Positions 12,089 to 32,307 are shown, counted from the stretch's first letter. The stretch: 64,000 nucleotides of DNA from Lingula anatina (GCA_051362555.1 CM120641.1:26790401-26854400), one strand, 5' to 3'. The notes: generated by a model from the sequence alone, not told the origin. Numbers and translations are program-made.

Positions 12089-14425
12089 AAAAAATCATAC
12101 AAATTGAGTTAGCTCTCAAAAGTCGCTCAAACAAATCACATAATGTTTTATTTCATATTACTTGTGCATCCATACTTCCACTGGGTTCTCAATGGACTGT
12201 CGTAGTTGGCCAATTCATTTATAAACTGGCTCGGGTTTACACCCACTGTCCTTGCTACAGCTGCCACATCACTGTAAATGTTACATAATAAGATTACAGT
12301 GCGTATCTGGATTACAGGTTGACAAAATCCCCACATCAAAATCACACTATTTGATATGTATATGTAGATGGGAATATACATAGATGTATCAGTTTCCAAT
12401 TCCATCGAACAATAGTGGATGATAAGAGGTTTAAGTGTTATAGCTATGCACATAGTAGGGGCTCTCGTTGATTGTGCGAGTACAGACCATGACTCGCCAA
12501 TAAATTCAGAATAAATTTGGCCAAGAACAAGCTTCATATGAAAACTGTAAGTTGACCCTTCTTACCTGATAATAGCAATGGCAGATTTGTTCTCAGTCGG
12601 TTTGTTCAGAAACCTATCCTGTACTCTGAAGACTGCGTTCATATATGCCAACGCCACGGCTTCATTGTTCTTGGCAGCGATGAGCTCTGCCCCCTGCATC
12701 GTGCATGGGAGAACTTTTTAATGAGAATTATCACAAACCATACTCTTAAGACTAAGGCCGCATTCAGAACAGGGGACTAACTAGTCCGAGGGTCAAATAT
12801 GGCGACCCACTAAAAAGCTTGTCGTCTAATCCGCTAATAGACGCTAAATATATTCCCCGTGGGGAAGTATTCAAGTGGGTCGGCCATATTTGGCCCTCGG
12901 ACTAGTTAGTCCACTGTTTTGAATGTGGCCTAACACGAATTTATGTTTTACATAAATCTCTGAAGATTTACCGTGGAACATAACACTTAATCTAGAAGAA
13001 TCGCTATCAAAATTGAGGTGAAAAATCTCAGAAGTCCGTGATTCCGCGGAAAAAAATCATGTCTGATAACCCATCTACTACTGTAATGCCTTCAAACCGT
13101 TTAAGTACGTATACATTCACCACATTAAAAAAAGACGAACTTCAAACTAACAATCTTTGCCAAACATTTAACTCGAAAGTTCAAAAATAGCTCTTTGTGT
13201 ATTATCTGATATCAATGAAAATATCTATTGTTCAATGTGACGGTTATACTTACATTGGATTTGATCATATATACGGTTGATCATGATTTGCGAAGTCAGC
13301 CGAGCTTACATTACTAAAACATTGTCATTCTCTATGAAAATATGCACTTAATCATCCCACTTACATACGACGACGTTGACACTACTCAAGGTGCGAATGA
13401 TTTGTGAAGAGTCACGTTCGTGATCATGATCAAGAATCTAGGCACTTAAAAAAAATACAGGATGCAAAATGGTTCTTTCCAAAACCTGCCTAAAAATATA
13501 GGCCTACAGACATGCATTGCACAACCCTTTACACGTACAGTTAGTTCAGAAATATCTCAAAGGGACCTGAAGTTTATTTTCGAAATAAATAAATTAATTA
13601 ATAAGTCATTTTTGTCTTTAAACCTTATTTTACCTACATCAAGAACATGCTCATTTTGGAAGACATTAAAAGACATTCCGAGTACCGCCATAATCAACTG
13701 AAAGTCGATTGAACCATCAGGAAAGGTATCGAGTAATTCACCTGTGCTAAAACGTAAGCGTTGCGGTGGTAGGGCAATGGAAAGGAATGAAAAAGAAGTC
13801 GCAACCTCTTCCCACCATAATAGTCTGCCACCTAAAAAGAAAAGCAAGATAGTTAAGGTAAACGAAGTCCAAAGAGAAATATGACTGTTAATAAATTGTA
13901 AATAAATTATCATACAATAAGCTGTTACGTGCTACAAATCTTGCGAGAAAACAAAGACAACCGCATAAAAACATCTTTGGAATTCGAGTGAAGTGAAGTA
14001 CGAATTCACGGTACATTTCTATGCGTGTGCTCGAATTTCAATTTTATAAAACAACTGAAGTTCATGTTTTAAACATGAATTATTTCAGTCATGAAAAGCC
14101 AATCAATCCTAAAATTCATTTTCTTTGCTGCCGCAAATGCACCCCTAGTAGCTATAGCCGTTCTCGTCTTTGATTTAAAATAATATCATTAGTGCGCATA
14201 AATCTGTAAAATATATTTTCCCAGAGTGCGTGTTACCTGTAGCAAAGTCGGGAATGCCTCCTTGGTATCAGAACATTGCAGATCTATAAAGAAATCCAAC
14301 TGAATAGGAGCACTACTGGAACCATTCCCGTACGTGTGTCCTGGGGGTAGTTTGGGGACTGGGACCTGACTTGCTCCCAGGGAAACAACAGAAAATAACA
14401 CGACAAGTTCCACTGCAGCGTTCAT
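11117..14425 (-). CDS. Secreted DsbA-like thioredoxin-fold protein with single-Cys C-S-D-T site; two alternative terminal exons (233 aa or 212 aa)
   Basis: Exons 14425-14237, 13831-13742, 12693-12566, 12271-12162, then 11423-11239 (a) or 11238-11117 (b), all GT-AG and phase-consistent. Signal peptide MNAAVELVVLFSVVSLGAS; motifs FFIDLQCSDT, FPLPYHRNAY, WKYGCTR and (A/T)P(T/D)FFING. Confidence 0.87.
11519..11688. mobile_element. Non-autonomous TIR element (hAT-like MITE) with 6-bp TSD
   Basis: TIR CAGGCCCGTAGCCAG...CTGGCTACGGGCCTG, flanked by ACGCAT on both sides. Degenerate relatives near 48328-48480 and 60143-60282; a lone end at about 14975-14990. Confidence 0.85.
12055..12083. repeat. (GA)n microsatellite
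   Basis: Direct observation. Confidence 0.9.
12756..12930. mobile_element. Palindromic MITE, PIF/Harbinger-like
   Basis: Long TIRs GGCCGCATTCAGAACAG..GACTAACTAGTCCGAGGG / CCCTCGGACTAGTTAGTC..GAATGTGGCC; TAA on both flanks. Confidence 0.8.
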
Positions 14426-14438
14426 CCTCTTTCAGCAC

Positions 14439-14943
14439 GACTGACAGGATTCAGCACCAAGTCTGGGCAATAACCTCGGGATGCATGCCCTGTCGCTCGT
14501 GACGTCACACACCATTATCATGTCAGTGGCTTGGTGGAGGCAGCCGAGACATTTACCTGCCATTGTCCCGTCTAGCACATCCCAGGATGCATTTTAGTAA
14601 TACAGCGGGCGTGCACAGCTAAATGATGGGCTTTGCCTAACACTGTACTTTACCTCCGGCAAGAAGTCACCGAGAAATACATGTAGGCCTACATGGTCTC
14701 CTGTTTCAATCTCTGGAAAGGTCTTCCCTCTAACAGGACCACAGATTGATTTTCTCTTGATAATCTCTGGATTATTCATGACAATTTTTTCTGCTGTAAA
14801 TTAATTTCATCACTCAGCTGGCCTCCAGTGTAGAATATCAAAGGCCTGCGTGGGAATAAATAAAAAAATAATAATCTATCATTTTTCTTTTGGTGTGAGC
14901 AATATTATGAATTAAATTTATATATTAGTTGAGTAGGAAGGTG
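14439..14943 (+). repeat. Segmental duplication block R, copy 1 (upstream region of the DsbA-like gene); copy 2 at 18976-19499
   Basis: Colinear similarity such as GACTGACA(G/A)GATTCAGCACCAAGTC, ATGGTCTCCTGTTTCAATCTCTG, GGCCTCCAGTGTAGAATA and TTTGGTGTGAGCAATATTATGAA in both copies. Confidence 0.92.
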
Positions 14944-15283
14944 GTCTAACCCCCCAACCCACCCCAGGACACATCCTGGTTACGGGCCTGATGTACAGCT
15001 GAAGATGTGACTGAGGATATCGATGTGACAGATTAGAATGCGACTTGGGTCCAACTTCAGGGGGACTCTCGCTGAATGCTATCAGAAAAACACTTCCTTG
15101 CAATGAGTAGAATTCAGCAGAAAATCTGCAGCCATGGTGATTGTAAGAATACATAGGACACAAGAAGAGGAATGACAATCTGTTAACCTGATTACATCTA
15201 GTGAGAGTACCAATCGAGTTGGATCGATCTAGGTAGAATTATAGTTTCATTGGGAATTGGTCCTGGTCAAGTACTCTTTACAA

Positions 15284-15806
15284 TTTTTACCTCCGCCAAG
15301 GAGGTTATGTTTTCATCCCTCTTTGTCTTTCTGTATGTCTGTCTGTCTGTTTGTTTGTCATCAACATAAATCAAAAAGTTATGGACCGATTTTGATGAAA
15401 TTTTCAGGGTAGGGCAAAAATGGGTTAACTTAGAAGTAATTAGTTTTTGGTGGTGATCGGGTTCAATAATCAAAAATCAATCAACAACATAACTCAAAAA
15501 GTTATGGACCGATTTTGATAAAAATTTCAGGGTAGGTCGGAAATGTGTTAACTTAGAAGTGATTAGTTTTTGGTGGTGATCTGGATCAATAATCAATCAA
15601 TAATCAATAATCAAAATCAATCATCAACATAACTCAAAAAGTTATGGACCGATTTTGATGAAATTTTCAGGGTAGGTCAGAAATGGGTTAACTTAAAAGT
15701 AATTAGGTTTTGGTGGTGATCCGGATCAATAATTAATCAATAATCAATAATAATAAAAAATTGCTGCCTTGGCGGAGGTCTGCGCTCTCGGAGTGCTTTT
15801 CTAGTT
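15284..15806 (+). mobile_element. Non-autonomous Helentron (DINE-1/HINE-like) element
   Basis: Subterminal inverted repeats CCTCCGCCAAGG / CCTTGGCGGAGG, (GTCT)n microsatellite, three tandem core repeats (CAAAAAGTTATGGACCGATTTTGAT...), 3' hairpin GCGCTCTCGGAGTGC, and a CTAG end in a T-rich site. Confidence 0.85.
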
Positions 15807-16596
15807 ACAATATTTGTCACACGTTTCCTTGTGTGGCACCAGCTTAAAGATCAGTAAGTCCAGGTTTAAAACTTTTCAAATAATTTAAATAAACATATAT
15901 TGGACTGTTGTGATATAATTCTTATAATTACAACTTTTATATTTATTTAGGGTAACACTTCTTATTATACTAACAGATTCCGCTGGACAAAGTGCACTCC
16001 ACCTGGGTGGATGGTGAGGAGTCATTTTAATGACAAAGAAGGGCATATATCTCCCGACTCAAAAAAGTTGAAGTGATTTTTATTATTTATATTGACAGAA
16101 CCATCATTAGTTGATACTTATGGCAAGTATCATGAGTCTACTCCCCGCTGAGTCAGGTGATCTTACGTTTTTTGTGAGGGTGGGGTCTCAAAGTGGTTTC
16201 GGGGGAGAAGTGAGAAAAACTGGCATCAATTACAAGGGGGATAAAATCATTAAAAAAACAATTTACTTGTGATGTTAGATGTTTGTTCCAATCTAATATA
16301 TACATTGATATCAAATATTTTATTCCTTGCAAAATTATTCTCATGTACAGATATATATGTACCATAGGCCTATTTAGGCCTAAAGGAGAGTGAAACTGGT
16401 CATCTCGGGACAAAACCAAAGCAAATATTGTCTGTACACCCCATATTTTTGCCAAAAAATGGATATATTTCCATTTTACTTCACAGGAGTTCATAACTCC
16501 TTCGGACACATCTTCACACCAATTTTCATTAAAACCCCCACCCTCCCCATTTCGCCGCTATTTGGTAGGGTTACTCTTGAAATGGCACTTAATTGA

Positions 16597-18975
<2,379 letters not shown>

Positions 18976-18981
<6 letters not shown>

Positions 18982-19499
18982 CAAGATTCAGCACCAAGTC
19001 CAGGCAATAACTCTGTGATGCATGCAATGCTGGTCATAACATCACGCACTGTATATCATATCATGTCAGTGGCTTGGTGAAGGCAGATGAGGCATGTTAT
19101 TTAACTGCCCTGTCTAGAACATTCCAGGATTCAGTGAAGTGAAGTGAAGTGAAGTGAAGTGATAAGGGCTCTGAGTAACTCTGCATTACACTATACCCTA
19201 CCTTTCAGAAGAAGTCTCTGAGAAGTAGATGGTCTCCTGTTTCAATCTCTGTAAAGGTCTTCCCTCTACCAGGACCACAGCTTGATTTTTCTTTAGACAT
19301 TCACTGATATGTCTCTGGCTTAATCATGACAATTTTTTTTCTGCTGTGAATTACTCAACAGGCCTCCAGTGTAGAATACCAAAGGCCTGTGTGGGTATAA
19401 AGATAATCGTGAGGTTCTCAGATATAATCTTCCATCATTTTTCATTTGGTGTGAGCAATATTATGAACTAGATATGTATAAGTCAAGTAGGGTAAGGTG
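18976..19499 (+). repeat. Segmental duplication block R, copy 2 (CpG-depleted, contains (AGTGA)n at about 19133-19162)
   Basis: Colinear with 14439-14943. Confidence 0.92.
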
Positions 19500-20301
19500 A
19501 TGTTATTATTTTTTCAAGCCATGTCCTTCAACATGTTGATCAACATTCTTGAGATACACTTCGAGTCAGGCTGATGGGTCAACATTTTTCAGTTATAGTT
19601 TGTTCAGTTTTAAAATATGCTGGGTTGTTATGTAACTGAAACTTAACAAAATCTCATCAACTTCATAACCATCTTAAAAATGAAGAACATCCTCAACCTC
19701 ACATCAGGCGTTGTTCTGCTGGTATCCAAGAATCTGACCATTCATGTTAACAAATCACTGATAAAAAAGAAAAGAAAGAATTTTATTTTACTTTAAAATA
19801 AGGAAATAAAATATGTAACATGGACTTTAAGTTTTTTTACTAAAGAAAGAAGATAGAATAAAAGAAAGTAATATGACAGTCTGATACATATATTTTTCTA
19901 ATGATCCCACAGCAATGAATGTTATTTAACCCTCCTCACAAAAATTAACCCAAAACATTTTATTGCTTAAAATATGAGATAGATAATTACAACCATTCAA
20001 ATGGTGTCTTATTGAAGTGGCAGGTAAGTTTTTAACAAAAACTTCAAAGCCCACTCTTTGTCAGTGTAAGAATTCATTCTCGACCACAAAAATATTACAT
20101 GACATTTGACTTCCTAAGATGCATTATTTGTTAACCATTACTAATAGTGGGAAACACTGTGGTTCCATACCACCAACTTTTACTTTGGAGGTTTGCAACA
20201 GTGCATGAAATGTTTCCTGTAGATTCATTTAATTTATTTACATTTCTTGACAAATAAATTCTTCCCAGTGATAATAGTCGACTCAAATTTTTCTTCGTAA
20301 G

Positions 20302-23300
20302 TCACCTAAGTTTCACCCTCAGGCTTTGTACAGTATTTTCAATGCATCCAAGTAGTATGTTATCCCTGTCAGTTACCACAATAGAGTTCACCCAATCTGG
20401 GGTAGTATGCTTGCACAATTCCTGTAAAAATATGAATCAAATTGTATATATACTAATTTCCACCTCAGAATTGAAAATAAATTATGAAAATTTCTCAATA
20501 TCAAAATTTACATTTTGGTGTAAGTATGTCTCATTTTTGCCTCTGCTTTACAAATATTCTAAACAAGATAAATTTTGAAAAATTCAATCATACAATGTAA
20601 TACCAATGCTCAATATCAATCAAGGATTAAACAAATAAAACAAAACAAAAAATTAATTATGTATTATCAAAATAGTATAAATAATAATGATAATAATAAT
20701 TCTCAAAACTGAGCTAGACAAATATCTCAGCCTAATGGTCTAATTTACCTTCCCATTTTGCACCACTATCAAGGAGTTGAAATAACCAGCACACAACAGC
20801 AGGTCACTATGGTTCTCACCAGGCAGAGAGCTCAACTTAGTAATGGGAAGTTCAATGTTGGCATATTCTTCTGACAAAATCTAATAACAAATTTGCAAAT
20901 GTTGTTTTATTTTTATCATATTTTCAGGACAGTAAGATAAAACAGATTTTACCTTTCTTATGAAGGGCAAGGCATAGATCTAACATTTACAGTATTTTTT
21001 GTATTAAATAATGTAAAAAAAACAAAAAATAAATGAATTTGAAAAATAGGTTTATAGAGTAAACTGCCAATCCATTCTTACCTGAAAATTGTGGAGAATG
21101 TAAATTGCTCCCGTCTCTCCACCTAATGCCACCTGGTGAGCAGATTTTGAGGCAGCCAAACTTCCAACTTCATCAGGAACTGGTGCTGTATCATCTCCTT
21201 CAACATGAGCAAACTTGCCACAAGTCATCTGGAAAAAACACATACAGTTTGTTATTTTATTCCATTGAAAACAAAAGTGATTTTTTTTAGAATACACTCA
21301 TTTTAATTACAACACATGACACATAACCTTTATTACCATGATGTCCAATAAAATAATAATTCATCAGCACTGTGATCACTAGAATTAACTTACGTACAAT
21401 TTTTGTTTTATTATTTTGTTATCTCATATCTATCTAAATATCTATATAACTGCACTGGCAGACAGCCCAAAAACTACTGGAATTATCAGCAGGTAAAATA
21501 AATAAATAAATAAATACATTACACACAAATGCATAGTTGCTGACTAAAATAATAATTATAATAAATTAAGACTATTTTATGAACTAAAGAGCTTGCTTAC
21601 TGCACTAATTACGCAGGGAGTCTGTATGACTTTCACCACAGACCCCTGCTGGATGATGTAAAGGTTTCTACAGGCATCAGAAGCCAGAATGTAATTTGTT
21701 GACGCAACACCAGGACAGCTAGGGATCTCCAGACTTAGCAGGGATTTGATCTTATAGGATCCAGATACTGACTGAAATAAGAACATTAACAGTGACTGAC
21801 TGGAAAACTATGTTAGATTGCAAAAGGCATGTACTTAGCTTGCTGCAGAATGGAATACAGAAGTATCATTTCACTACCATCACTTGTCAGGCTAAATTAA
21901 ACATTATTTGTCTGCAATAAAGCACTTATTTGAGCATACCGTAAATAACAAGGCAGCAAAAGTGTCAAACGTACAGACATAAAGCATAAAATAATCAAAA
22001 TGCCAATCTTTGCAAAAAGAAAAATTCACAAAAACTGCATAACTTAAAGTAAAAGAATCCAAACAGGCTGGTTTTCAAACTGGAGCTGTATTATAGTCCT
22101 TATTTATTTTACTTTATGTAATCATGTTGCTAAGGATAATAAGTCACACAGTTGTCCGTTTATTGTGTTATGATGAAAATATCATGGCAATGCTGACAAA
22201 AGATCCAGTTGCTGGTTACATGTACAGCCACTGTGTCTGTACATAAAAATACCTTGGAAAAGAAATTTCAAAATTTACAAGTCAATAACTGTTTTAAAAA
22301 GTACCTTTGGAACAGGCACATGGTCTCTTGCTCTTATTCTCCATAACTCACTGTAAGGAAGCAAGGCACAGACATTCCCATCGCTATCTCCTGTTACCAC
22401 GGCAACATGTCCAGCTGAAATTACACATTTTTACACAATATCAGTAAATATACAACACTTAAAATGTTCACTTCAGTACAATAAAATGCAGAAATAATGA
22501 AATGTACTTTCATGTCATATACTGGTACACGTACTTCAAGATTGCTTGTGTTTTAGATGTCTAAAGTGATCATTATGCCTGTGTTAGGCCTATGCAAACT
22601 TCGCTATGTCATGTTACATGTACCAGTGTTTTACCACTGCAGGTTTTCAAAAGTTTATCAATAAATAAATAAATAATCCATTTTATTATCATTATGTAAG
22701 TAAGTGTTCATGACCAGCTGAGGGTGGGTTTTTTAAAAGGAGCAATCTAAAGTGAAGTGTACTTAAAACAGACATGCTGAAAACTTTTCAGAATGGCCGG
22801 ACATTTGGACCAGCAGTAATGAAAAATTTGCCGGACTTAATGGATTTTTGTCGGACCGAAAATCACCCTACTCATTTGAGACAAATACTACCAGTACGAT
22901 TAGGTAGCTTACTTTGTTTGTGAATGTGGTAGATTTGAAATGGAAGGGAGAAAAAACGCTTTGTGTTTTATATAATTTTATTAGTGAAGTATGTCAAACG
23001 ATGACTGTAAATTCTTAAAACTCTTGTTGGTCCTTTGGACCAACCAAGTCCAATTTTCTACCGGTACAGACAAATTTTCCCGGTCATGACCGATCGGACC
23101 GACAGTTTCAGCATGTCTGTTAAAAGAAGGTGGAAACAATTTACAATTATGGTGAACAGTACTAATTACTAGTGGAATGCTAATAATCCTTGATTAAGTG
23201 AATGTCCAGGCAGTTCTTACTGTCATCTTGCTGTATCTGCATGCAGTCGATGCTGTGATCAGAAACATGACTTCTACTCAGGATCTGTTCTTGGCAGAAA

Positions 23301-24460
23301 ATGGTGACACTTCCTCTGGAATCTCCCACTACTAGATCTGTGGCACCAAACCTTGTTACATCATGGACTGCCAGTGCCTGAATAGGGCCACCTTTGGTCT
23401 CCAAACTATGGAGAAGCTGCCAAAGAAAAAATAAAGTAAAACAATAGAAAAAAAAAGTGAGAAAAAGATTTACAAAATAAGTAAATAAATAAGGTTTCAA
23501 GCAATAACAGAAACAGGGTAAGAATATACTGTAGTTTGTGAAGAGAAGGGTAAGGTGAGATTAACTGGTCATTTTGTCCTTATACGAGTATGTGTGATTA
23601 AATCGGCAGAGAGGACACCCAGTTGATTCATAGCTGTTTCACAAATTTCAGGTAAAATGCTTAACAGAGCAATATAGTTAATTTTCTTTACTACTGGATT
23701 GTGCATAATCAAAACCTAAAAATTTGGACCTCAGTACAATATATATGGGTTACTAGTACCTCCTGCCCTCTCCCAACTCCTGAGATTTGTGCCAAGTTCA
23801 AGGCACTTCGAATTATTTTAATACATGTACAAGGAGAAAATACCAAGTATTAGTTGATAACACACAGACACTGTTATCCTTAAACTAAGGGTCACCTTAA
23901 CATTTATTCCTCTTTGTATTTGTGCAATGTCATATATTCTTATCACACCATCTTCACAACCAGTAACCAGAGATTGACATGCCTGCCTGGAAGGTAAATA
24001 TATATCTGAGTTTCTACTGTATCAAATGTTACTATACACTGCCCAATATGTTATTAAAAACCCATCACATTGGAGTATGTATCAATAAACTTTAAAGGCC
24101 GGACCAAGCAAATTATCAGGGCCATTTTAATATTGGTGTAATATAGAACATTTGTCACTCCATTAATTACTGCAGTGCTGGGGCAAAACAGTACTATTGT
24201 GAACTGATTTGTTAACATGACAACAACATACGTTTCATTAAGAACAAAGGACTTAAAGGATCGGGGGGGGGGGGGGGGGGCTAAGGGCTAATTATGTGTG
24301 GTGCCTCAGCTACTAGTAAATTCGAGTATAGGTGAAATCGAAAAGAACTGGCAAGGGGTTCTTACCGAAAAACCTTTCCAACTTTTATAATATTAAAGTT
24401 CTCGGGAAGCTTTTGGTTCCAAAGCACATCTATAGTACATTTGCCTTCAAAGACTGGCAT
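20302..24460 (-). CDS. Uncharacterised beta-propeller protein (WD40 / FG-GAP-like), about 353 aa
   Basis: Exons 24460-24366, 23986-23896, 23416-23221, 22414-22305, 21771-21601, 21228-21082, 20880-20749, 20421-20302, all GT-AG and phase-consistent. Repeated blades LVTGCEDGVIRIYD, LVVGDSRGSVTIF, VVTGDSDGNVCAL, VALGGETGAIYIL, LLCAGYFNSLIVV and ILLGCIENTVQSL. Confidence 0.85.
22769..23119. mobile_element. Non-autonomous TIR element with 6-bp TSD (hAT-like)
   Basis: TIR CAGACATGCTGAAA / TTTCAGCATGTCTG, flanked by TTAAAA on both sides; repeated subterminal GGAC/CCGG motifs. Confidence 0.8.
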
Positions 24461-27400
24461 TTGTAAGGTAGGCCGCTTTCTTTTCAAAACAGCCAGTCAC
24501 GTAAAACTTTCCGTACTCCAGGAGTGACAGAGAAGAGCTTTAACTTTCAAGAGGAGACAAATTCCATTTTCCCAATCTAGGACAACAGTGAGTGGGCCAG
24601 ATCGTGTGTAAAGTCATGAAATCATGTTACTGAAGCTGTATTGATTTAACTGTGTATGGCTCACTTCAGCTGGCCGTCCGTTCGTTCGTGATAAGCTCCT
24701 CCTTGGGAGCAAATCCAGTTCATCTGTCTGTCCATCTGCTGCACGGATTTAGTTGCAGATTGACTTCAGACAGGCACAGTAAATAAATAAATAAAAAAGA
24801 TCAAAATTGATTTCGTATTTTGTTCCAATTTCATAAAATCGCCAAAAATACCCCATAATAGTGTAGCCTATATAATGACGTACATTAAGAAAATCGCGAA
24901 TATCAAAATACTAAATCGATTTTGATTTTTTTTTACACTATGGAAGGCCTATGTAGCCTTCTTTTAAGAATACTTCAAAGTCTTTTTTATTTTTTAGGTT
25001 TATTGAACAATCGAGGTGACGGCCAAGCGTGGCTTTCAACGGTGACAAGTGGCCTGTCATAAAAAGGCAGAAATGGGCAAGAGGAAAACTGGACTAATGC
25101 CGACATCCTTGGCATGAGATAGGCCCGCAAACGGCATTAACAAATAAGGCACCCCAGGAAAGTATCTTGTATCTAAAACGCAGCAATAGGCCTGCTAATC
25201 ATTTTAATATTTATTTTTTACATACAGTATATACATAAGCGTGATTAGCGCTTGTATTTTGATCATTCTCAGATGAATTATAATTAATACATGTCATAGG
25301 GGGTTGCATTTGGTACATTTCCCGTTTGATTCAAATATTGACAAAAAAATAAATAATTAAAATCCTACCAATATTTAGATCTCTTTTACACGTTAAACTT
25401 GTGATATATACATGTAGGCCTACTTCTATAAACGTAGCCATTTTAACTACGGTAGCTTTAGCCCAATAGTAGTAAAAATCTGCAAGTAAATTTCAAATTT
25501 AAATGTGGAAATAGTGTATACCCGATCGTTTCAGAAGTGCACGTCGAAGATTGGAGCGGGACAGGTACGACTAATCGTGTTTTACAACACTGAAAAGCGC
25601 ACAATTTTATTTTCTTCAACAAATTTTTATTTCAAATAATTATTTCGATGTTCCATTTGAAAATAATGTTAAACAAAGTTTATATCTTATTTGGCAATTA
25701 CCGGGTATCAGTAGAATAAACATCTGTGACGTAGACCTACCCATTGTGCCACCGCTCATTTTTTTTTCAGCGCATTTTGGCAGGACATATGCACGATTTA
25801 CATGGGAATTAGCGACAGCGTGGTGTTCTTAGGGCAATACATCCATCATTTAATGAAGCTGACAACGACACCTATTGAGGTTAGCTCATCGAGACAACCA
25901 CAACATGTGACTCACTTATGGCCTAAGAAGTAGTTGGTTTTTCCCGCACACGTTTAATTTACGCAGATTTTCGTGCTAGTTTCCTATCTAGTATCGCTAA
26001 ATATGCAGTCTTGGTATAAATACTGCAGTGGCACTTAAAAAATCTCTTTTTAAAATTTATTACGGACAAAATAGGGCCTATTTATCTGAAAAAGAATTTA
26101 AAAGGCCTATAAATATTTTCAAATTAATCATCAATTACATAATATACTGCAAGTCAACACATTTTTTATCATTAATCTCTAGTGTTGCGTCTCAGGACTG
26201 GATTTGCTATAATTAAAGACCTATTTATAAAATAACATGCACTTACGATTAAGAACGTAACCAAGGTATAGGTCGATTAATAAATAGCCTGAAAAAAGGT
26301 CTCTCAGCATTTTAGGCCTTTGTTGTAGTAATCCTTTTTTTTTAAGGACTAAATAGTCTTATTAGACAGACTCGTAGACTACACTATAAATCGTCAAATT
26401 ATGTGTATAGTCGATCCCGCCCCCTCGCTTCGCGACTGCTCTAAGACTCAACTTTGTGCACAAAAATGTGGCATAAAAAGGAATTAAGGGTTCTTTGTAC
26501 GGCCTCTGAGTCCACGGAATAAACAGTCGAGGAATAACTTTCAAATCGCGATATTCTTACAAATCTGGTAAATCACCTAGCTACTGTCCTTGACCTACTG
26601 CCTATATGACCAATGCCAACTAACATCTCGGTGATATCTTTGATCATTAGAGACGATTTCCCAGAGTCGGTAGATATATAAACAGATCTACATTCTCACT
26701 AACAGTAGTCTTAATTAATACAACTAGAATCCCCGGAATCCCCGACGTCAAAGTCCAGACAATAAATTATTGGTTGCAGATCTGACAGTATTTATAATAG
26801 CTCAGATGTTCTGTTCACACGAGTCAGCAGAGTGGCAATAATTAAATACAGCAAATAGTGAAGTGTCTAGACTGGTACAGATGACCATCTGGACCATAGG
26901 CCAAGCTTCCATAATAAACAAGCAACCATCACCATGTCGACGAGCCTTTTATCGGCCGTTTTATTGTCATAACTGTAAAAATAGTAATTAATCAGAATAA
27001 TGATAAACAGGTTGTCACCAAGAAATCAATTTCACGAAAAATATGATCCCACTACTAAATAAAAATTAAAAAAAATGCTGTCAGAAACAAAAGCCAGTGA
27101 ATTACATCACCAACCCTAAAACATAAAGGACCTACACCTTGTATCGTAAAATAAATGACACATGTCAGCATGATTGAAATTGACACAATTCTAGCGCAGT
27201 CTTTGGTCGATAACATTTTCCAATACTCTTGCGTCAAAAATGTCGCATTGTGTTCTATGCGGACTTCCGAACAATATTGAGGCACGCATCTGCAGCAAGG
27301 TAAATTTTCATTTCAGCCATGGTGCATTGCAGGTAGATACGGTCCAATCAAAATGCATGTTTCAAACGGGAAACTGCGCGCTCTTAATTCGCGTTACTCC

Positions 27401-27573
27401 TCAGATATGGAGTTTCTTCCGAGATAATAATATGTGCAGACAGTAAAAAGTACAGTTGTTGCGTATTTTAACACTAACATTTGAGGAGGGAGCATCTGTT
27501 CCGTTTTCTTAATAGTCCTATAAATATTTAGGTGTAATTTGACAAGTTTGAACTCGGTGCCTGATCCTGACAA

Positions 27574-27597
27574 CGGCGGAGGGATATATATAAAACC
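27574..27597 (+). promoter_or_regulatory. Calmodulin core promoter (GC element plus TATA box)
   Basis: CGGCGGAGGGATATATATAAAACC about 90 nt upstream of the ATG exon; retained in the duplicate near 16802-16824. Confidence 0.7.
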
Positions 27598-27677
27598 ACA
27601 ACATCTAGGTCACTAGTTACTTTTTCGTCTCAGAGAGCAGATAGGCTAGACCGTATACCGCCAAGAAAAATCCGAAA

Positions 27678-31436
<3,759 letters not shown>

Positions 31437-32307
31437 ACTAAACAAGCTGGTGGACAGGGCACTTTAACATTTTTTCTTATAAGATATCAAAAGAAATCTC
31501 ACTCTTCAGTCATTTTTCTCTCATTTGATACCGAGTTTGTAATATAATAGCGGACATCTGAATAAGAGGTGATGGACGGTGAACTGAAGATCACTATCTG
31601 TAAATTTTTTGTACTATATTGAGAGATGAACATATTTATTATCCTTAATCAGTTTCTGACAGGCGGCACTCGAACTGATTACTATCAACATTAGAGCCGG
31701 GAAAACTGCTTGCTTACTGGGGGTGTTGGGCACTGCTTATATCAAAGTGGTGGTCAATGAATAGTTGGTGACATGCTGTTTAACTTTTCTCCTCTCTCTT
31801 CTCATCTGGTGACCCGGGATATATAATACAGCACAGACCTGACCACCCGGACAATCATATCATCTGTATTCTCTTTGTCATTGTGAATGAACAGTATTCT
31901 GTAGCTTTATACATTCCTATGTGAATGTTCACTAGCTACTTTTATTAGTATTGAATAAAGAAATGGGAACTTTGATGTGCATTTGCAGTTTATTATTAAC
32001 TGTTATGCCTACTAACCTTTGCATTTTGCTTAGAATACTAATCTGTTTTTAAATTTAGACTCGATCTGTGGAGTCTTTAGGATACCGTGTATGTAATCTT
32101 TAACACTTATTTGACTTGATTGTAGTGTTTGTCAATAAAACAAGTACTGAAGATCTGAACACGTGTAATTTTTTTTTTGCACCCCTGACCTGTTCGATTT
32201 TGAGTGGCACAGTAAAATTAGATTAAATTAAAAAACCTGAGTGGCACACATTCGCGTTTGGTTTTTTTACTAATCGACACTTAGACTTGTTTAATGTCTT
32301 GTTTCAG

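Noticed and set aside
14440-14527. Box C/D snoRNA-like layout on the minus strand (ACTGACA/TGTCAGT stem, ATGATA...CTGA), also in copy 2
   Set aside because: Box C is imperfect, no convincing rRNA guide lies next to box D, and presence in both copies is explained by the duplication. A snoscan or Infernal hit would reopen it.
15360-15760. Regularly spaced repeats resembling a CRISPR array
   Set aside because: Eukaryotic context, no unique spacers; these are Helentron core tandem repeats.
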